A DNA stretch of 64,000 bases from Diplonema japonicum. Taxonomy: Eukaryota > Protista > Euglenozoa: Diplonemea. The position numbers and the translations under genes are program-made. Location of the stretch: positions 620,001 through 684,000 of the forward strand of contig OZ025667.1 in assembly GCA_964019335.1 (NCBI GenBank). Reading direction: 5' to 3'. The notes below the pieces were generated by a model. It did not search any database. It had not been told where the DNA came from and saw only the letters and a program-made list of their open reading frames with translations. Below, one piece after another: positions 46,610 through 56,442 of the stretch. The number at the start of each line of letters is the position of its first letter. Position 1 is the stretch's first letter.

Positions 46610-49600
46610 ATGTCAACTCTAGAAGCCATCCAGCAGAACAACACCTTAATTGTAGTGAAAGCGGGTGGCTTTGAGCTCCGTTTTCTCATCCTCACAGCTC
46701 CATCACCATCAAACCTTTCACTTTACATAAAAGTATGTAGGGAATAAAAATTAAAAAGATCGCGGACGGCAGGATTTGAACCTGCGCGGGCAGAGCCCAA
46801 TGCATTTCGAGTGCACCTCCGTAACCACTTGGATACGTCCGCTCGTGGATTTTTGCGCTTCAAAAGACCAGTACCTCATAGATGAAACCTGCAGCTGGTT
46901 GTAATTTATTTATTTTGAGGCGCGGAATTGGGCGTGGGACATGGCGTGACAAGGCGAAGGTCAAGGAGGTAAACCAACTCATGACCGAGTCGAAGCGCGC
47001 GGCCTGGGGTGAGATGGCGGCTGACCTCAGTCGGAGCAAGGACCTCGGGTCTGCGTTTAGGGCGGTGAAGAAGCTGGACGACACCGCAGACCGCACCTTC
47101 CCATTCTCGAGGGGAGGTTCGTGACGGACAAGGCGAAAGCCGACCGCCTGGGGGCTCACTTCGGCAAGCTCTACGGCCAGGGTGGTGATGGGGACGCGGC
47201 GGACGTAGCTCCTTCGACGAACGTGCTTGGGTGCCACGCCTTTACGGTGTATGATCTCACCCGCGGTCTGGGAAGGATGAAGACACGCAGTGCAGCGGGT
47301 GATGATGGCATCTTCGCGGAGATGCTTCTCCACCTCGACTAGCCCTCGCTCGGGGTTCTACTTCTGCTCCTCAATCGCTCATGGCAGGCGGGGATTGTGC
47401 CGGGTGCCTGGAAGAAGGGGGTGATTGTTCCAGTGGCGAAGGCAGGGAAGGACGCCACGTTGCTTGCATCGTACCGTCCCATATGTCTCACTAGCTGTCT
47501 TTGTAAGCTGCTTGAGAGGATGATAGAGGAGAGGCTTACCTTTCTCCTAGACTCTAGCGCGTCGGGCGTTGAGAGTCTCCACGACAGCCAGGCTGGCTTC
47601 AGGAGGGGCCGCTCCACGGAGGAGCAGGTGGCGTCCCTGACCGGGTGCCTGTCGAGGAACAAAGACAGTCGGCGTCTGTCGGCTGCCCTGCTGTTTGACT
47701 TCTCATCTGCGTTTGACCTGGTTCAGCACGAAGCTCTCTTGGGCATGATGCGGAGGAAAGGGATCCCTGAGCCCTTCGTCGAATGGACGCGCTCCTTCCT
47801 CTGCGGTCGTACGGCGGCGGTCACGGTGGGTCGTTCGCGAGGGTCGACGACGAAGGTGAGGAGAGGGGTGCCCCAAGGGTCTGTGCTGGGACCCGTCCTT
47901 TACACCATCTACGTCGACGAGCTAGCCAGGTTGCTGGTTGGGATGGCGGACCTGTCGGTTCTTTATGCCGACGATGTTGCGGTGGTGGTCTCAGCCGGGC
48001 AGGGCGACCTGGCTGGTCTTGAGCGAGGGGCCCAGGCTGTGATGGACGCGGTTGAGGGCTGGTGTGGGAGACGGGGCATGCTGCTGAGCTCCAGCAAGTC
48101 GCAGGCAGTGTGCGTTCCCTATCAGAAGCGGCTTAATGTCTACTTCTCTTCGTCGCGTGTCCCGCTTTGCCCGGGGGCCTTCCAGGACCCTGTCCTTAAT
48201 CTTGGGGTTGGGGTCTGTGGGACCTTGTCTGGCGTCCGTGAGCTGTCTGGCTTTCGGGTCGTGGAGGCGGGTGGCAAACGGTCCTTCGACATTCCCGCCG
48301 CCATCCGGAGGTCCGACATTGGTTACATGGCGGCTCGCCCCTTGCCTCTATGTGGGTCGGCGAAGTATCTTGGGGTCACTGTAGACTCTGGGCTCACGTT
48401 TGACGAGCATGCGGGGGATGTCCTGAGGAGCGCTGACAAGAGGCTGAGGGTACTAAGGCTCCTGTCGGGCACGACCTGGGGGTGCAAGAAGGCCACGCTC
48501 CGATCTCTGTACCTCACGTACGTTCTCCCGCTACTCCGGTACTGCATGGGTGTTTACTTTGCCAGGCTCAGGGACAGCAGGGTGGAGGAGCTTGTTGGGC
48601 TCCACCAGAGAGCGGCGGTGCTGATCTCGGGTTGTTGGCACGGCTCGGGCACGGCGAAGGTTGTTGCTGAGGCAGGTCTGCTACCCCTCCGACAGATGGC
48701 TGAGGGAGCTGCGGCGGTGTTGACGGCGAAGTCGTTCTGCTGGAGGACCTCCCCGGTTCACCGCGAGGTCCTTGAGCAGAAGCGGATGACCGGTATGGGC
48801 AATGGGTGGCTGCGTGCGGGTATCCTTGCGCTACGACGCTGCGGACTGCAGGGGTGGACGACGCAGGAAGGCTTCAGGAAGTACGACACCTTCGAGCTAC
48901 TGACTGCCTCGCCCAAAGTAGCACCGTGGCATGCGATCCTGGTGGAGTTCAGAACTGCCCTTCCCGGCAGGGTCACGCGTTCGTCGCCGGACGTGGATAA
49001 GCGGAAGGCGGCCGTGGAGGCTCTGGCTGCCCTTCCACCGGGTATCCATGCCTATACGGATGGTTCTGTCGTACGGGACCGCCAGAGGTGGAGGGGCGGC
49101 GCCGGGGTCTACTTGCAGCTCCCCCGCCCCCACGAACCCGTGTCCGAGAGCTTCGGCGTCAGCAATTTCTGCTCTTCCTTTCGGGCGGAGGGTCTGGCTG
49201 TCAAGGTGGCTCTGGACATGGTGGCCGCGCTCCGGAGCGAGCACCCCACGTTGGCAGACAGCCGGCTGTCGATCTGTACCGACTCGCTCTCTCTCCTTGA
49301 TCAGCTGAGGGCAGGTCCTTCGCGGCAGAGGGAGAGGCTCGACCACGAGACCTGGGAACTGCTGGTGGCCGCGGCACGTGCACAAGGTGCACCAGTCATT
49401 CTCCAGTTTGTGCCGTCCCACTGCGGGGTTCCTGGCAACGAGGCGGCAGACAGGCTGGCCGGGGAGGGCACGAAGCGCGAGCTGACTCGCCCCTCTCTCG
49501 ACTACAGGTCGGTCAGGGCCCTGGTCCGTCGCCAGATTCAGCAGAGGTCTGCGGTCATTGTCGGGGAGGTGGCCCCGAGATACGCGAGGGCCACGGGGCT

Positions 49601-52600
49601 CCGAGCGGCGTGCTTCCCCCAGTCCCTCCCCAGGCTAGCGGAGACGGTCATCTCGCGGCTGAGGGTAGGGCACTCCGCTCTCTTCTTCGGCTTCCTGCAG
49701 GCGGCTGGACCGAACAGGAAGAAGGCTGAGCTCAGCTGTCCAGCGTGTGGAGCACAGATGTCCAGGGAGCACGTTGTTGGGGGGTGCGCTGTGGTTGGAC
49801 GGGGTTCGCTCGACGCTCCCAATGGACGCCCCTCGCTGGTGGAGTGCCTGTCAAAACGCGTGACGCAGGTATTCACCCTCATCGCCGACTCTGGCTTGCT
49901 TGACTGGGCCAGATCCGGGGTCTTCACGTCGCCGTCTGCGGCAACGGCAGGTACCGCTGCCCCTTCGTTCATCCCGCCGGCTGTCTCCCTTGACGCCGGC
50001 CCTGCGGCCCCCGTGTTGCGCTGAAGTGAGTAGGGTGAGATCAACATTTCAATTCTTTTAGTGCTTACGTTCCCTTCCCCTCTCTTCCACTCCCTCTCAT
50101 CCTTTTCTTTATCATCATCCGGCGTCTGGCCTTTCTCTTACCAGTATGCCCGTCCCCTTTTAAACTTTTAAATTTTTAAAATTAACATCCTCTTGTTATC
50201 GTGTGCCCTGACATTGTAGTCAAAAACGGATGGCCCGGCCTACTCTGAAGTTGCCCAGATGAGTCCTCTCATCTTCGCACGAACGAGTGTGGTACGGCCA
50301 TCCCCTCCCCCCGCCTGCCGGAGTGCAGCGGGGAGAGCAAATACTTCCCCTATCATCCCCATGCGCACACGCACACTCGCTTCCCCTTTTGATTTTGAGA
50401 GATTTTACTCTCACCCTTTCATGTTTCGCTCAATGGAGCAAATCCCTCTCGAGGGGGCGACCGGGGCCAGTTCCGGTCACCAGAGGTCCCAGTTGAGAAA
50501 AACGACGAACTGGGGTCAAGGTCCCCGTCCGAGTCACGTAGGTCTACGCGGCTTGGAATTAAAGTAATTCAGCCCTCTTCGGCTGTTCCAAACAGGTGCA
50601 CGGGTTGGCGGAGTCCACAGCTCCATCTGATTGCAGAAGAACTGGTCTTCGCCCTCCCTGTAATATTTCCATGCTTCCCTTCACCTTTCCCCTTCCCAGG
50701 TGTTGCTCCCCCATGGTGGCACCTATTGGTATTTTGAAGAAAAAAAAAAATTGGGCGCCAACGATTCTAAAGCTACAGTTTCTGTACTTTATTGGGAAGG
50801 CTTAAAAAAAAAAAAAAAAAAAAAAAAAATGTCAAGTGACAAAATGACGAAGCCGAGCAAGGCGGGCGCCTCCAAGGGGCCCCTACCGGACGGGAGCGAG
50901 CCCGACCAAGACCCGCCGCAGCTAGTGCTGCAAACCACCGAGGTGGTGATCAGAAAGACCCCCCCCGAGACGACCCCCAAGACGAAGCCCACCCGGAAGC
51001 ACTACGACGCAGTCGTAGCCCCGCTTGCCCCCAAGCCCACGTGGGCGGCCTTCATTGCGCAGGCTGGACTGGGGAAGTCGATGAGGTTCGACGGTGTCCT
51101 AGGCACCATCGTAACCACAGGGACTCCCCCTCTTCAGTCCTACTCAGTGAGGGACGGAGACACTACCCATAAGGTGGTGTTCGAGGAGCAGAAGGGATCC
51201 TTTAAAAGGAAACTACCGGGTGGGTCTCGTAGAGGGACCAAAATAGACTTCCGCAGGGAGTTCGGGGGGGCGAGCTGGTCGCAGGTGTGGGAGCTGGCCG
51301 ACGAGAAGGAGGGGAGGAAGAAGAAGGCGAGAGAGGAGAAGGGGGCCAAAGCCGCAAAAAGGAAGGCCGAGGCCAGGGAAAGAGAGGAGAAGCTGGAGGC
51401 GAGGATCCAGGCGCTGGAGAGCGCCGAGAAGGAAGAGGGAGGCGGGATGGAGGACGACTGGGGCTGGAGGGAAGCCATGGACAGGCGGATTGCCGAGTTG
51501 GAGCAGGCGAGGGAACAGGCCGGGCTGTGGGAGAAGGCGTGCGAGAGGAAGGTGGAAGAGGTGGAGATGAGAAGGGTGCGTACGGACGAGAGGACTGAGG
51601 AGCTGAACAGGAGGGTGGGCCTGGTGGAGGGCGAGCTTGGTGGCCTGAGGGGGGAGATTTCTTCCTTGAAGGCGTCATCGGAGAGGACGGAGCGGTCGGT
51701 GGAGGAGCTGAAGCAAGGGATGAACAGATTACTCATCCACTTGACTACAGGAGCCCCCCCACCAGGAACCTCCGAGGAGGCAGACGGGTCCCCAGAACAG
51801 AGGGGACACGTGCCGTCCACCGATGGCGCTGACGAGGGGACTGACACCCCAGACTGCCCCAGGCACGCTGCGACACCGGAGAGAAAGGGTACCGTAGCAC
51901 CTTTATGCTACGACACCCCCCCACCAGCCGAAAGGCTCGTAGGAGTTGCCACAACAAGGCAGACAACCCTACACACCACCCCCTCGCAGACAACGCCCCT
52001 GCACAAGGTGAACCCTCCCGTAAAAAGGAAGGTTGAAGGCCAGTACTAAGGGCCGTGCAATCTCATTCAACACCCCTTTCACCCCCTTTCCCACACCGTC
52101 TCTCACTCCCTGTCCCTACTCCCAAACCCCCAACACTACACCCCATCTAAACGAAGATGAAGTACTACCCAGCCTCTCAAGCCCTGGAAGCTGGGGTGAC
52201 CGCAAAGGCAGCACATCATCACCACATCACCATCCCTCATCTTTCCCTCTCTCCACGCACAATTCCTCCCCAAACAAGCACTCACAAACTCCCGTCACCG
52301 GTGACGAAGTATTACCCAGTATCCAAAGGCCTGGACCTAGGGGTGACCACACAGGCAATCTTCACATTCGCAGAAATCCCGCAGCCAGCGGTCCGCACGG
52401 AAAACACTTACTGAGCTGCGGGGACATAGAAGCGAACCCCGGTCCAACCACCGAAAAGACAACAAGAGTTGAACACTCTCTCCCTCCCGTCCCCTCTACT
52501 TCCTCTCTCTCACAGGCACACTCCAACACAGCACCACCACCCAACAACATCAACGTACTGTCTCTCAATGTCAGATCCCTAACGGTGAGCACCACAGCGC

Positions 52601-55600
52601 AGCTGCTGAAGGGCATTGAGACACACAACATCGACGTGCTCCTACTCCAAGAGACTTTCCTGAGGCCGTCGAAAGATATAACCGGAGTCTTCACTGGGTT
52701 CAAGGCATACCGCCGAGACCGAACACGACCGGTGAAAAGAGGAAAGCAAATCAGCGGAGGGGGTCTCGTCACACTGGTCAGAGAATCGATACCGTCGAAA
52801 CAGATCGAAGTTCTTCAGAAACCCAGCGACGTGACGGAAAGACTCGACGTAGAGATCTCGCTGCCCAACCGGAAGCCGTACAGACTCGTCAACCTGTACC
52901 TGCCTCCGACAACGGGTAGAGACGGCGACGACAGACCACCCCCCGAGAAATATTTCCGCCCGGCAGAGCTGCCTCATGACAGTTACACCATCATCGCCGG
53001 TGACATGAACGCCCACCACACGATGTGGGACAAAAGGGGCACTCCGAATAAGCTGGGAGAAATACTGCACAGCTGGATGCTGCGATGGGGCTACAGCACA
53101 TGGAACAAGAGCAGCGAAGCCACGATCCTGAACCCGTCAGGAAACCCAACCTCTCCGGACATGGTAATGAGCGGCGCAGAGTTCGACAAATCTTCTTGGA
53201 GGACGTTGCCAGCAATGGGCTCAGACCACGTTCCGATGTTCTTCAGTCTGAGAGGGGGAGTCAGCCAACCGACCAGAAGAGTACTCTACTCTTGGGGGAA
53301 GGAGGCAAGGAGCGCGTACAGGGAGACGATGGAAGAAAAGTGCAGCAGGCTGCTCAGGGCCAGAGACCCGATAAGGCTAAACGCTGAGTTTCGCACACTT
53401 CTTCTATCGGCAACCGAATCGTGCGTCCCCAGGAAAGGACAGAAGAAAGGGAAGGTTTGGTGGAACGACGAGATTGACGCACTCGCAAGGCGACGAAGCA
53501 CACTGAAGGCGAAGCTGTTGTCCGAGGATCACGACGGGAACGACGAAGACCTGGCACGTCTAGCGGCGATGGAGGCTGAGCTGGACAGGGCGATAACGAG
53601 CGGGAAGCAGGCTGCCTGGGGCGACTACACCAAGAAGTTGTCCAAGGACGGAAACCTGACGCAAGCCTTCTCGGTCATCCGCAGATTCGACGGTCGCAGC
53701 GAGAAGCCACCAATAGCCCCGCTCCGACGAGGAAACGGTATCGCCACCACCGACAGGGAGAAGGCCAGTGTACTCGTCGAACACTACGCGAGGGCCTGCT
53801 CCCCAAGGACGACTGCCAAGTCGGAGGAAGTGATCACCACCATCAAGAAGGACGCGAAGCCCGGGACAGACAACGACTTCCCCCTGGTAACGAAGGACGA
53901 GCTGGACTCGGTGCTGCGAAGGCTGAAGAAGGGCAAGGCTCCGGGCCCAGACGGCATCTACAACGAAATGCTGAAGTACCTGGGACCGGTGGCCAGGGAA
54001 GTTCAACTCCTCCTCTACAACTCATCCCTCCAGACCGGTGTCGTCCCTGCCGAATGGAGGCGGTCTTCCATCATCCCCCTCATGAAAAAGGGCAAAGACC
54101 AATCCGAACCCGCCTCGTACAGGCCGATCGCGCTGACGTCAAACATCGTGAAGACGTTGGAGCGAATAGTCAAGGACAGGATGTGCTTCCTGCAGGACAC
54201 AGGACGGGTAAGGCAATTGCACACATCGCAGGCGGGTTTCCGGAAAGGGAGGTCCACGGAGGAAAACGTGCTGTACGCCGCCTCAAAGCTCAAAAGTGTC
54301 AGACTGAGCCAAGGTCTGGGGGGTCTCCTGCTGTTCGACTTCAAAGGAGCCTTCGACACAGTCTGGCACAAGGGAGTGATCGCAAAGCTGATAGGCGACG
54401 GATACCCTCCCAAGCTCGTGAAATGGATCACCTCTTTCCTCGACCAACGTAAAGCCTCCGTCTGTGTGAACGGGGAACACGGCTGCGTGAAGACAATGAC
54501 AGGGGGCGTACCCCAAGGCACCATCCTGGCCCCGCAGCTCTTTTCCATCTACGTCAACGACCTGGCCAGGTTGTACAGGAAGGCTGGAATCGACGCGGTA
54601 GTGTACGCAGACGACATAGCGATAGTGCTGGAGGCGGGGAGTCCTGCCGAGCTGAACAAGAAGGTGCAACGCGCGGTGAGCCTCACGGAGCGATGGTGCG
54701 AGACGTTCTCGATGAAACTGTCCCAGGAAAAGACAGAGTTCATGCCGGTGGAGGGACAGTTCTGGAACTCGCACGACAGTCTCGCAAACCTCATCAACGC
54801 CCGCTTCCCCTCGAGTGGGGCGAAAGTCAAGGTGGTACGCGAGGCTAAATATCTTGGCGTCACCTTCGACGAAAGCATGAACTTCCACGAGCATGTGCAG
54901 AAGGTGAAGGGAAAGATCAACAGCCGTCTTCGCCTGCTGCGCAAACTCGCCGGAACAAGGTGGGGCTGCCGCAAGCACACCCTAAGGACGCTGTACCTGA
55001 CGTACGTCCAACCGGTTCTGCGCTACTGTCTCGGTGCTTACGGCAACTTCGTGGGACATGCTGCTCTGGCCGAGTTCGACTCGCTACAATACACAGCAGC
55101 GAGGTTGATAACGGGATGCTTCGACAAGACTTCCGCGACGGTGACCAGGTCAGAGGCGGGCATCTGGGAGATTGAATCCTTGCTGGAACACGACACCCTG
55201 GTGCTCTACGAGAAGGCACAGCGTCAACCGGGGACGACAGCGGAGAAGGCAACAAAGATATCCGGGGGTCAGATGTGGTACGGGAAAAGCTGGCGAAACA
55301 CCGCGCTCGACTTGGCGAAGAGTCACGGGATGCCGGAACGCGAAGACCTACCACACCACTCAGTCACTCAGAGCGCAGACCTGCAGCTCCCTCCATGGGT
55401 CCAACCCAAAGTCCTGTTCCACCCCGACCTAGTCCGCAAGGTACACAAGAAGGACGAAAAAAGTCTCAAACTCCGAGCGGCCTTCGAATCGATCAGGAGG
55501 CACGGCATCCCAGATGTGATCGTCTACACCGACGGGTCAGTCACCGGACACAGGAACGGCGGTTCGGCAGCTGTGATAAGGATCGGGTCTGACACACCGA

Positions 55601-56403
55601 AGCAGGCTCGCAAGAGCGGAGGAGCAGTGACTTCGGCCTACCGATGCGAACTGAAAGCGCTGAACCTGGGGCTGCAATGGACACTGTACCATACCCGGAG
55701 ACAAGGTGTGACGACCGGAGTAGTGCTGCTGTGCTCGGACTCCCAGTCGGTGATCAGAAGACTGATGCAGGGCCACAGAGAGATGAGGCAGAAGGAGGAA
55801 CTGCTGGCTTGGAAATGGCTGGACGCGCTTGACCGCCAAGGCCTCTCCACCATCATCCAGTACGTTCCCGGACACTGCGGCCTACCAGGTAACGAGCAAG
55901 CCGACCGACACGCCAAACGCGCCGCAAAGGAGTCGACACCGGACGGACCGACGGACCTGATGACCACAAAGAGCCTCATCAAGAGGTCGGTGAACCGCGA
56001 CTGGGCAGCCTCGTGGGAGAAGACGGGTCGGGACAAGAAGTACCGAGAGGAGATCGGCGCGAGGTACCTCCCCTTGAAGGAACTGTCCTGCAGACACGAT
56101 GAGGTACAGATAACGAGACTGCGAACGGGCAGGAGCCACCTGACTTGCGGTTTCCTGTCGAAACCCGTCCAGAATGACTTACGTTGCCTCTCGTGCCATT
56201 CGATCCAGGACAGACACCATCTGCTGATCGGGTGCCCAGCTGGAGACAAGGTCCGCGAAGAGATCTTCGGGGATGACATCCCCACGACCACGAAGGAGAT
56301 GCTCACAATGAGGGTGAGTGAAACCGCCTCCTACCTGAAGAGGATGGACCTCATCTGAGACTCTCACGACCGCCGAGCCGCTGACCGCAATCGCAGGACG
56401 TAG

Positions 56404-56442
<39 letters not shown>

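Noticed and set aside
47340-47342. Stop-codon reassignment (UAG read as sense)
   Set aside because: Host genes here terminate normally at TAG (e.g. 11379, 12756), and the in-frame TAG is confined to retroelement copies.
50758-50830. Functional SL RNA gene
   Set aside because: The exon lacks its first nucleotides, is not followed by GT or an Sm site, and is not in a tandem array.
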